In this document: positions 1-8,253 of the stretch, in pieces
How positions within the stretch are numbered: position 1 is the first letter of the stretch
Layout of the letters: each line of letters begins with the position of its first letter
Source of the DNA: an uncultured Collinsella sp.
GTDB taxonomy: Bacteria > Actinomycetota > Coriobacteriia > Coriobacteriales > Coriobacteriaceae
Assembly (NCBI GenBank): GCA_902491935.1
Contig: CABUJN010000003.1
Location: 1,245-65,244 of the forward strand
Length of the DNA stretch: 64,000 bases
Direction: 5' to 3'
The notes under the pieces: generated by a model
The model's database searches: none
Told to the model about the DNA's origin: nothing
The model's input: the letters and a program-made list of their open reading frames with translations, nothing else
Position numbers and translations under genes: made by a program

Positions 1-30
1 TGCCGGGTTGGTGCACCATCCCCGCCCTTC

Positions 31-509
31 GTCTCAATCTGTAACATCTAGCCCAGTTTTTGCCGAGCTGCTGTTACAGAATGAGACAAACTCTCCGGCG
101 GCAAATCAATATCTCGATCTGTAACATCTAGCTCTCGATCTGTAACATCTAGCGGGGAAAATGACCTCTAACTGTTACAGATTGAGATTTTGTTTTGAGA
201 GGTTTGAGTTTGTCTCCATCTGTAACAGTTAGACCGGTTTTTGGATTCCAGATGTTACAGATCGAGACGAACCTTCAGCAATAAACTCAATGTCTCAATC
301 TGTAACATCTGGCGGGAAATATGACCCCTTACTGTTACAGATCGAGACAGACCGTCCGCGGACAACTCAAATGTCTTGATCTGTAACATCTAGAGAGGTT
401 TTTGACCCCTTACTGTTACAGATTGAGATGTTGTCTCGCGGGATTGGGGTTTGTCTCGTTCTGTAGCATCTAGACCTGTATCTGCCGAGCTAGTGTTACA
501 AATCGAGAC
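31..509. repeat. Tandem array of six 57-nt palindromic elements. Arms are 16 nt (GTCTCRATCTGTAACA / TGTTACAGATYGAGAC), the loop is 25 nt and the linker about 23 nt. A 21-bp half-site duplication lies at 112-132.
   Basis: Read directly from the sequence. The elements span 31-87, 132-188, 212-268, 292-348, 373-429 and 453-509. Start-to-start spacing is 101 (80+21), 80, 80, 81 and 80 nt. Within each element the two arms are reverse complements with 0-2 mismatches. Confidence 0.9.
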
Positions 510-551
510 AACTGCCGGGGAGGGGTCCCGTCACGGCAAGACGCCCGCCGC

Positions 552-2636
552 CTAGATACAGAACCCGGGAATCACACAGGTTAGCTTGTTTGGCTTTTCC
601 GCAGGCGTTGCGTACGTAAAGACGTCGCCGTCGTGGCCCACACGGTTTATGTAGAGCGTGCCTTCGGTCTCCGATGAGTCGGGGCTCACCGTGCGCTCCC
701 ACCAGCAGGTGTCCTTGCTCTTCCACTGGCGGACCATCGTCTCGTTCGTGGAATACGGGCTCACCTTGAGCTCGCGGAAGAGCTGATACTCCTTGCCCTC
801 GCCGTTGTAGATTTCTGCCAGGTAGTGATAGTCCTTGGCAAACGAATCGGGCGGTTGCGTACCGCACAGCTCGACCATGGCGGGCAGCCAAAGGGTTGCG
901 GGCAACTCGCTCAGACACGATGCACTGTTGGCGGCGCCAGCGTTATTCGAGACCTTTTTGACAGATTTGATGAGCGCGCGCAACTTGTTGGGCAGCAGCT
1001 TAAGGCCGTCGCCGTCGAGCCATTCCCGCAGCTCGCAAACTGCCCAGCCGGCGCTCGGCGGTTCAGCCGCAGCGTTGCGCTCGGCAATACCCGCGTCGAA
1101 CATAAACGTCAGTCCGGCCTTGCCCGTCCCGTCCAGAAGCTCATCGTGACGGATGCCCACAAGCTGCGCGCCGACCTCCAGCCCGTTGGTGAGTTTCACG
1201 CGCTTGGTACACGGATAGGGGATATGCCCATCGGCATCGAGCAGGTGATAGCGCTTGGCAATCTCGCGTGCCTCGCTACGGGTCTCGGCGGCCTTAATCT
1301 TGAGCGAAATCTCCTGCAGCTGATCCCAGGTGTAGTCGTCAAGTGAACCGCGGATGCCGTCGAGGTAGTCGGGGATGCCAAAGCCATGGGTTGCCGCCCC
1401 GATAACGCTGAGCCCCGCAACGGCTGCGATAGCGCCGCCGATAATAAAGCGGCGGCGGGTCATGGCATCGTGGCGGGCCTGATTCAGGATCTCTCGTGCG
1501 CGCTCGCCGGCGACGTCGACCTTAAGGTGCGTGCCAGAATCGATATCAATTGCGGCCTCGTCTCCTGCACCTTCGCGGCCTTCGGATTCGGCGTCGGTGA
1601 GGTATGCCGAGAGCACCTCGAGCATCTGCTGCTCGGTGGGACGATCGCACTGCTCGACTGAGAGACCCTTCATGATGATCTGGACGAGCGCCTCATCGCC
1701 CTCGCAGCGCGGCTCGAGCGGTGCCGGCTTGGTCTTGGTCTTTACGAGATAGAACGAGCCGGTTGCAGCGGCGTCCGTCGACTCAAAGTCAAACGGTTTG
1801 CGACCGCTGTAGAGCTGGTACAGAATGCTCGAAAGCGCATAGACGTCGATTGCCGGCGAACGGCGAAGGGCCGCGATGCCTTCGATATCCTGCGTGAGCA
1901 TCTCGGGCGCGGCGTATGCGGGCGTGGCAAAACGCCAGATGTCGGCGCGCCGGGTGATCGTGTCGTCGCCGAGAGCCATGGTCGCGGAGCCCATGTCGAT
2001 GAGGCAGGGGTCAAAGGAACAATCAGCAATCTGCTGCTCGAGCGTTCGGCTGGTGGTGCGGAACATGATATTGGCAGGCGACAGGTCGCGATGGATGACC
2101 GGATTCACGAGGCCTTGGGTCATCAAGAGCGCACGAAGCACGGCGTTTCCGACGGCGGCGACCATCTGGGTGGTCAGCCCGCCCGAGGCGTCGTGCGGAA
2201 GCAGGGGCAGCGCCTGCTTGAGCGAGGTGCCCTCGACCCACTCCATGAGGATGAGAGGGTCATCCTCGCACGATCCGTAGCCATAGACGCGCGGAAATCC
2301 GCGCAGGTGCGAGACGGTACACAGATGACGGTACTCCTCGAACAGCGCGGCGGTGCTGGCCAGGTGCGCTGCCGATTGCTCGGCGGAGCGGTCGGGGGCT
2401 TGGCCGGAAAGGATAGCGTTGTCCTTGAGCAGCTTGACGGCAAAGACCTCGCCGCTCGTGTTGGTCGCGCGCAGCACGTGCCCGATGTTGCCGTTGTTGC
2501 GGTGGGCCGTCTGGAGAATAAGCGTCATAAACCGACGTTTGGCGTCGTCCTCGGCGCTGGGGTCGACCGCCACGGCGGTATCGAACGTATCGAGACGGAT
2601 GAGTTTGTCGCCATAGGCGCTATCGGTAGTATCCAT
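552..2636 (-). CDS. Membrane-anchored Hanks-type Ser/Thr protein kinase with a large extracytoplasmic C-terminal domain
   Basis: Kinase motifs are present: FAVKLL (VAIK Lys), IHRDLSPANIMF (HRD loop), LIDMGSA (DFG variant) and YAAPE (APE). One TM helix, RRRFIIGGAIAAVAGLSVIGAA, follows. After it comes about 290 aa of Cys/Trp-rich domain (CWWERT). I chose the ATG at 2636 because AAGGAA lies about 6 nt upstream; the ORF track extends to 2723. Confidence 0.88.
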   Translation of the reverse strand: MDTTDSAYGDKLIRLDTFDTAVAVDPSAEDDAKRRFMTLILQTAHRNNGNIGHVLRATNTSGEVFAVKLLKDNAILSGQAPDRSAEQSAAHLASTAALFEEYRHLCTVSHLRGFPRVYGYGSCEDDPLILMEWVEGTSLKQALPLLPHDASGGLTTQMVAAVGNAVLRALLMTQGLVNPVIHRDLSPANIMFRTTSRTLEQQIADCSFDPCLIDMGSATMALGDDTITRRADIWRFATPAYAAPEMLTQDIEGIAALRRSPAIDVYALSSILYQLYSGRKPFDFESTDAAATGSFYLVKTKTKPAPLEPRCEGDEALVQIIMKGLSVEQCDRPTEQQMLEVLSAYLTDAESEGREGAGDEAAIDIDSGTHLKVDVAGERAREILNQARHDAMTRRRFIIGGAIAAVAGLSVIGAATHGFGIPDYLDGIRGSLDDYTWDQLQEISLKIKAAETRSEAREIAKRYHLLDADGHIPYPCTKRVKLTNGLEVGAQLVGIRHDELLDGTGKAGLTFMFDAGIAERNAAAEPPSAGWAVCELREWLDGDGLKLLPNKLRALIKSVKKVSNNAGAANSASCLSELPATLWLPAMVELCGTQPPDSFAKDYHYLAEIYNGEGKEYQLFRELKVSPYSTNETMVRQWKSKDTCWWERTVSPDSSETEGTLYINRVGHDGDVFTYATPAEKPNKLTCVIPGFCI

Positions 2637-2665
2637 GGCGTTCCTTTGTCTGGCATGGGTTGCCG

Positions 2666-2729
2666 CACGTATACGCGAGCAGTGCGGATATCGGTAAAGT
2701 ACCATGATAGCCGCACTGCCCACGTATAC
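2666..2729. promoter_or_regulatory. Imperfect 19-bp-arm palindrome in the kinase upstream region
   Basis: The layout is CACGTATAC-GCGA-GCAGTGCGG, then 23 nt, then CCGCACTGC-C-CACGTATAC. It lies 30-95 nt upstream of the kinase start on the minus strand. Confidence 0.35.
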
Positions 2730-2761
2730 CGCTGAGCATTGTCGTTTACGACGCAGAAGGT

Positions 2762-2805
2762 AGAAGACGAAAGACGGACGGCGACCGTCTTCCGATCGCC
2801 GTCCG
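2762..2805 (-). terminator. Rho-independent terminator after the FHA gene
   Basis: On the minus strand the stem is CGGACGGCGA / TCGCCGTCCG (10 bp), followed by TCTTTCGTCTTCT. Confidence 0.7.
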
Positions 2806-2807
2806 CG

Positions 2808-3770
2808 CTAGTCCACAATGACAAGGAATGTCGTGTAGAGACCCAGATGGAGCCTGTCGCTGTTTTCGATTTCCACTGGGGGATAGATCTTGCCGGGCTC
2901 GCGTTGGTCGCGCGGCGGCTCAATCACAATATCGCCGTCACCCGCGCCCGATTCGAGCACTGTGCCGTTGGTCGACCCAAGGCCCTGGGCGTACCAGTGC
3001 TCACCCTCAAGCCAAATGCGAAGATGCTCGCGCGATGCGTCGGCGCCCACATCGGTGATGCTGGGCGAGGTTTTGGGCAAAGAACCAATCACGGTGCCGC
3101 GCGGATCGCGTGTGAGGGGATGGATTTGCATGCCGGCGCAGTTGTCGGCATGGGTTCTGAGCAGACCGAGGTTGGGGGCGACGGTGCGCGGCTGCTCCAG
3201 GCTGCTCATAAAGCCACGTCCGACGGTAGTTTCGGTGGTGCCAAAGTGCTCGCCCGTCTTGCTGTCGCAAAAGCGCTCGACGGTGGCCACGCCCTGAACG
3301 GGATCGGCGAGCGCCCCCGTTGCCACAAAGAGCATAAGGTAAAGCGTGCTTTTCTCGCGCACGGCATTGCCGTCAAAGTTGTCGATGCGATTGAGGGCAT
3401 TTGCATATAGGCGGCTGTCCAGCTTGTAGCTGGCGAGAGCCGACATCATTTCGTTGGCGGCCGGACCGCGATAGTGCTCGGCGATTGCCTGATAGGCGGA
3501 CTCGCCGCCGCCGAGCTTGCTGCAGATTGCCGCGGAAAGGTTGAGCGTGGTGACGATAAAGTCGCTGTAGATGGCGGGCGCGCACTGGTCAGGCTTGCGA
3601 TGGACGATGTAACGGGTGAGATACGAGCGGTTGGAAGAGCATTTCTCGAGCAGGGTACTGCCGAGATAAGAGTTTCCATTGATGAGCATTCGGGCGATCT
3701 CGAGATGTTTAAGACCGCCGAACGAGCGAATATCGTTATAGAGGACCGAGCAAGGCGTCTCTGCTGCCAC
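2808..3770 (-). CDS. FHA-domain protein with an unrecognised ~220-aa N-terminal domain
   Basis: The C-terminus has FHA hallmarks: GSLPKTSPSITDVGADASREHLRIWLEGEHWYAQGLGSTNGTVL. I chose the GTG at 3770 because AAGGAGG lies 5 nt upstream; the ORF track start is 3800. Confidence 0.8.
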   Translation of the reverse strand: MAAETPCSVLYNDIRSFGGLKHLEIARMLINGNSYLGSTLLEKCSSNRSYLTRYIVHRKPDQCAPAIYSDFIVTTLNLSAAICSKLGGGESAYQAIAEHYRGPAANEMMSALASYKLDSRLYANALNRIDNFDGNAVREKSTLYLMLFVATGALADPVQGVATVERFCDSKTGEHFGTTETTVGRGFMSSLEQPRTVAPNLGLLRTHADNCAGMQIHPLTRDPRGTVIGSLPKTSPSITDVGADASREHLRIWLEGEHWYAQGLGSTNGTVLESGAGDGDIVIEPPRDQREPGKIYPPVEIENSDRLHLGLYTTFLVIVD

Positions 3771-3949
3771 GGATACCTCCTTTGATTGCTTCCTAGCCAA
3801 TATGGCGATAGGAATTAATGGCCCCCGGTGGGCGACGTATTAAATGGCTGCGCAATATATAGCGTAACCAAAGCAACATTATAGGCCACATGTTCGAAAT
3901 TGCAGGAAGACCGAGAGATTTTGGTCGGACTGAACGGAAATCCCCCTCT

Positions 3950-4006
3950 GTCTTGTTCTGTAACATTTGGATCCGGTTTTGCCCTGCATCTGTTACAGAT
4001 TGAGAC
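3950..4006. repeat. Solo copy of the 57-nt palindromic element
   Basis: GTCTTGTTCTGTAACA, then a 25-nt loop, then TGTTACAGATTGAGAC. The geometry is the same as in the 31-509 array. Confidence 0.9.
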
Positions 4007-4279
4007 AATCGGCCAGGCCCACCTCGGGCCTGCCCCGTCATCTGTGGTTTACGTGGGGGCATGCGGAGTACGGGTATACTAACCGGCGGCGAATCTGCTC
4101 CATCGCTTAGAGCTGCTGCGTCTGGACGGCGCGTGATAGGGCTGCCAAAGCGATCGCCAGCGTGCTGAGCAACGTCCTCTCTGTGCGCACCTGTTTTTGT
4201 ATGTATTAGCGCACTACCAAGCACGCCCGCGCGGCCGCATGCCGTGCCCATTGCGCGTGCAGATAAGGAACATCAACAT

Positions 4280-6529
4280 ATGCGTAATTCTGTATCCGAC
4301 GTCACCGACGCCGAGATCCTGGACGAGGCCCGCGAGGCCATGACCCAGGCTGCCTTCGATGCCGCCGATGAGGCCAATGCTGCCCAGGCCGTCGAGTCCG
4401 CTACCGAGAGCCTGCCCGCCTTTGACGAGCTGGGACTTTCGGACGAGATGCTTCGTGCTATCGAGAACCTGGGCTACACGGCGCCGACGCCCGTGCAGGC
4501 CGGCTCGATCCCCGTGGTGCTCGAGGGTCGCGACCTGCTTGCCGCCGCTCAAACCGGCACCGGCAAGACGGCCGCCTTCTTGCTGCCGACCATGAACAAT
4601 CTGGAGCACATCGCTCCGCCCAAGCCCGTGCGCGAGCGCGGCGGTCGCAATCGCCGTCGCGGCGCCAAGAAGCCCGAGGGCAACGGCCGTGGCCCCGTGA
4701 TGCTCGTCATTACCCCTACGCGCGAGCTTGCCCAGCAGATTGACGAGGTCGCGAGCAAAATCGCCGACGTCACCGGCCATGTCGCCGTGACCGTCGTGGG
4801 CGGCGTGAGCTACAAGCCGCAGACCGCTGCCCTCAAGTACGGCTGCGACATCCTGGTCGCAACGCCGGGCCGTCTGGTCGACCTGATCGAGCAGGGCGCC
4901 TGCCACCTGAACGAGGTTAAGGTCCTGGTGCTCGACGAGGCCGATCGCATGCTCGACATGGGCTTTTTGCCCGCCGTCCGCCGCATTGTGCGCGAGACGC
5001 CGGCCGAGCGCCAGACGCTGCTGTTCTCGGCGACGCTCGACGAGGAGGCCGTGGGCGAGATCACCGACCTGGTGAGCGACCCGGCCCGCGTGGAGATCGC
5101 GCCCGCCACGTCGACTGCCGACACCGTCGACCAGTTTGTGTTCCCGGTGTCCATCGAGGCCAAGAACAACCTGTTGCCCGAGTTCCTCAAGAAGGAGGGT
5201 CCGGAGCGCACCATCGTCTTTATGCGCACCAAGCATCGCGCCGACAGCTGCTGCCGTCGTCTGGAGCGTAAGGGCATCAAGGCTGCCGCGATTCACGGCA
5301 ACCGCAGCCAGGCGCAGCGCGAGCGCGCGCTTTCTGCCTTCCGCGACGGCACCGTCGACGTGCTGGTGGCAACCGATGTTCTCGCCCGCGGCATCGACAT
5401 TAGCGACGTGCGCTACGTCGTGAACTTTGACGTGCCGGCCGAGCCGACCGACTATATCCACCGCATTGGCCGTACGGGCCGCGCCGGCGAGCTGGGCTGG
5501 GCCATTACGTTTGTGACCGAGCAGGACGTCGATGAGTTCTACGAGATCGAGAAGCTCATGGACAAGACGGCCGATATTTACGAAGCCGGCGACCTGCATG
5601 TGGGTCCCAACCCGCCTGCGGTTGATCCCGAGCGCGACCCTGCGGCCTTTAAGGTGAAGAAGAAGACTAAGCGCGGCAAGTCCAAGAGCAAGAAGAAGCT
5701 TGAGCGGGCGCGTCGCGACGGCAAGCGCAACGGCGACGATTACGGCGATGTTGCCGGTCGTTCCAACCGCGGTCGCGACGAGCGCCGCGGCGACGGCGAG
5801 CGTCCGAGCCGTCCCAAGCGCGGCGGCAAGACCCGCGTGCGCGAGGGCGTTCAGGCTCGCGTGGACGAGGCTGTTGAGAGCGTGGCTCGCGAGGTAGCTG
5901 CCGAGGAGCGCGGCGGTGCTGGTGCCGCTGAGCAGCCTGCGCGCGGCAACCGTGCCGAGCGTCGTGCCAAGCAGTTCCAGGGCGAGGCACACCGCCGTCG
6001 TCGTGAGGACGAGGACCGCGGCGGTCGTCGTCGTGTCGAGCGCGAGGACGAGGGCCGCGGTTCGCGCGGTGGCAAGCGCGGTGCGGGCGACCGCCGGCGT
6101 TCCGGTCGTGATGACGAGCGCGGCGGCCGTGATGAGCGTCGCGGCGGCGAGGGTCGCGGTGAGCGTACTGCCCGTGGCGGTGAGTCCCGTGGCGGCAAGC
6201 GCTTTGAAGAGCGCGGTAGCCGCGGCGGCGAGCGTCGCGAGGGTGCTCGCGGCAATGGCGGCCGCGGCGGCGCTGGTCGTTCTAACGAGTCGCGTGATCG
6301 TCGTGACCCGCGTGCCAGCCGCGATCGTCGCGATGACTGGCGCAACTACGACGATACCCGCGAAGAGCGTCGCGGCGGCTATCGTGGTGGTCGTGGCGGC
6401 AACCAGGCCGGCTCCCGTGGCGGCCGTGCCGGCGGTCGCGATAACCGTGGCAGCTACGGCAACAGCCGTGGCGGCAAGCGCGGTGGCAGCTCCCGTCGCC
6501 CCGGCGACGGCGGCGGCAAGCGCAAGTAA
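4280..6529 (+). CDS. DEAD-box ATP-dependent RNA helicase with a ~290-aa Arg/Gly/Glu/Asp-rich C-terminal tail
   Basis: Helicase motifs AQTGTGKT, DEAD, SAT and HRIGRTGRAG are present. The tail is full of RGG/RGGR/DERRG repeats. I chose the ATG at 4280 because AAGGAA lies upstream; the ORF track start is 4244. Confidence 0.95.
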   Translation: MRNSVSDVTDAEILDEAREAMTQAAFDAADEANAAQAVESATESLPAFDELGLSDEMLRAIENLGYTAPTPVQAGSIPVVLEGRDLLAAAQTGTGKTAAFLLPTMNNLEHIAPPKPVRERGGRNRRRGAKKPEGNGRGPVMLVITPTRELAQQIDEVASKIADVTGHVAVTVVGGVSYKPQTAALKYGCDILVATPGRLVDLIEQGACHLNEVKVLVLDEADRMLDMGFLPAVRRIVRETPAERQTLLFSATLDEEAVGEITDLVSDPARVEIAPATSTADTVDQFVFPVSIEAKNNLLPEFLKKEGPERTIVFMRTKHRADSCCRRLERKGIKAAAIHGNRSQAQRERALSAFRDGTVDVLVATDVLARGIDISDVRYVVNFDVPAEPTDYIHRIGRTGRAGELGWAITFVTEQDVDEFYEIEKLMDKTADIYEAGDLHVGPNPPAVDPERDPAAFKVKKKTKRGKSKSKKKLERARRDGKRNGDDYGDVAGRSNRGRDERRGDGERPSRPKRGGKTRVREGVQARVDEAVESVAREVAAEERGGAGAAEQPARGNRAERRAKQFQGEAHRRRREDEDRGGRRRVEREDEGRGSRGGKRGAGDRRRSGRDDERGGRDERRGGEGRGERTARGGESRGGKRFEERGSRGGERREGARGNGGRGGAGRSNESRDRRDPRASRDRRDDWRNYDDTREERRGGYRGGRGGNQAGSRGGRAGGRDNRGSYGNSRGGKRGGSSRRPGDGGGKRK

Positions 6530-6562
6530 GATGCGCATCGCGCGCTAGCGTGAGACAAGCTA

Positions 6563-6598
6563 AGGGCCCGAGCAAATAACGCTCGGGCCCTTTTGTTT
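6563..6598 (+). terminator. Rho-independent terminator after the helicase gene
   Basis: GGGCCCGAG, a 9-nt loop, CTCGGGCCC, then TTTTGTTT. Confidence 0.85.
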
Positions 6599-7148
6599 GC
6601 CGTGTCCATCGCTAATTCAAACGTGATGTTCTCGGGAATGCATCTGGGGGATGCTGAGGACCTATTTTCCGCCATGCAGCAATGGGTCCTATGGGGTGCG
6701 CCGTGCATTTTTTGGAGTATTCTGCAGTTCGAGTTGTCTGCATATGATTTGACGTCGCCAACGGTGGCTTTCGGATATCCCTAGCGAGCGTTCTGAGTCA
6801 GATTTCGTCGTTTTCCGGAGCAGGGGCGCGTCATTCTCGCCATGTCGGAACCCAAAATGACGCAGCGCCCTAAAGGTTTGCCCGCTCGGGGTATTGCTGG
6901 CGCGGTCACGTTGCAGAATACTCCGTTTTTTGCACGGGCCAGGATGGGGTACCTCGGGAGAACACGGCGGTATCCCGTAAATATATACAATCTGTACCGT
7001 AATTTATACAAAACGAAGAGGCAGACAGCGTAGGGTTGGTGCATTGGGGTGCTTGATGCACCAAAATGGGGATCCCACGTGCCGTATACTCTGGCTGGAT
7101 GTGAAAACGGCTTGACGCGTTGCCAGACGTAGGGGGGAGGGTGTCTCG

Positions 7149-7910
7149 ATGAGCGTATTCGAAATTGTGTTTAGTCCGACGGGTGGAACGCAGAAGGTGT
7201 CTGGCCTTGTGGCCGGGGCACTGGACAAGAATACCGTTACCGTCGATCTGACCGATAGCGGGCTAGATTTCAGCGCTGTCTCGATGACTGAGGACGACGT
7301 GGCCGTAATCTCTGTGCCGGCGTATGCCGGTAGAATCCCGGCTGTGGTGGCTGACCGGTTGGGCATGGTTCACGGCAACGGAGCGCGGGCCGTTCTGGTG
7401 TGCGTCTACGGAAACCGCGCGTTTGAGGACACGCTCGTAGAGCTGGAGGACGTTGCGAAGCATGCGGGATTCCGGGTGATCGCGGCAGTTGCGGCCATTG
7501 CAGAACATTCCATTGCGCGACAGTTTGCTGCCGGTCGTCCGGATGCGCAGGATGCGGCGCAGCTTGCTGAGTTTGCTCAGCAAATTCAGCAAAAGCTGTT
7601 GGCTGAGGATGCGTCCGAGCCCTCTATCCCCGGCAATCGTCCTTATAAACAAGCTGGAGGTCACCGCATGGCGCCCGAGGCAACAGAGGATTGCGTCTCC
7701 TGCGGTGCATGCGCCGCGGCGTGCCCCGTTTGTGCTATCGACAAGGGTGACCCCAAACGAGCAGCTGGCGAGGCGTGCATCTCCTGCATGCGCTGCATCG
7801 CCGTATGTCCGCGAGGTGCTCGCAAGCTTGATTCCAGCAAACTATCCGCTGTTTCCCAGATGCTGAGCAAGGTTTGCGTCGTGCGGAAGGAATGCGAGCT
7901 CTTCATCTAG
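7149..7910 (+). CDS. Flavodoxin-like / 4Fe-4S dicluster ferredoxin-domain protein
   Basis: The N-terminal half resembles a flavodoxin-like fold. The C-terminus has two Cys clusters, CVSCGACAAACP and CISCMRCIAVCP. Confidence 0.8.
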   Translation: MSVFEIVFSPTGGTQKVSGLVAGALDKNTVTVDLTDSGLDFSAVSMTEDDVAVISVPAYAGRIPAVVADRLGMVHGNGARAVLVCVYGNRAFEDTLVELEDVAKHAGFRVIAAVAAIAEHSIARQFAAGRPDAQDAAQLAEFAQQIQQKLLAEDASEPSIPGNRPYKQAGGHRMAPEATEDCVSCGACAAACPVCAIDKGDPKRAAGEACISCMRCIAVCPRGARKLDSSKLSAVSQMLSKVCVVRKECELFI

Positions 7911-8253
7911 CGCATACGAAATTGGCGCAATGGGGCCAGGTTAATCTGCACCGACCTGGTGCAAACAAACCTGTCCCCAATGCACCAGAGCAAGGAGTGT
8001 CCCCGGGTGCCGGCAGAAAAGGAACGTCCCTAAGTACCGCATAAATACCGTTTATCGGAGAAAAAATACCGTTCGCCGGTCATAATGATTGTTCCGGCTT
8101 TGGGCTTGTCTACAATAACCCCCGTAAAAGAAATGCGGAAGGTTACCGAGTCCCCTCGGACGTGGGCCTAACCAAAGTCTTTGATCGCGAGCGTCTCAAT
8201 GGGCGCATTCGATTGATTTTGGTTGGGCTATATTTATGAAGGGACATGTCACC

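Noticed and set aside
31-509. Possible CRISPR array
   Set aside because: The direct repeat is only 16-21 nt. Every spacer contains the reverse complement of the repeat, so the units are hairpins. No cas genes are in the window, and the loops and linkers share sequence blocks instead of being unique.
31-4006. Possible integron attC sites flanking a gene cassette
   Set aside because: The arm cores (CTGTAAC / GTTACAG) do not fit the RYYYAAC / GTTRRRY consensus. Six sites occur back-to-back with no cassettes between them. No intI gene is visible. The idea cannot be excluded without the upstream sequence, but it is not supported.
4214-6538. 774-aa ORF on the minus strand, opposite the DEAD-box helicase gene
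   Set aside because: The translation is Ala/Thr/Gly/Leu-rich low-complexity sequence with no motifs. It is exactly antisense to a gene with unambiguous helicase motifs. This is the typical stop-codon-poor antisense frame of high-GC DNA.
6593-7044. Small ORFs (63, 87 and 63 aa) in the 620-bp spacer after the helicase gene
   Set aside because: They have no ribosome-binding sites and no recognisable motifs, and they overlap one another. The region may be decayed or regulatory DNA, but I cannot support a gene call.
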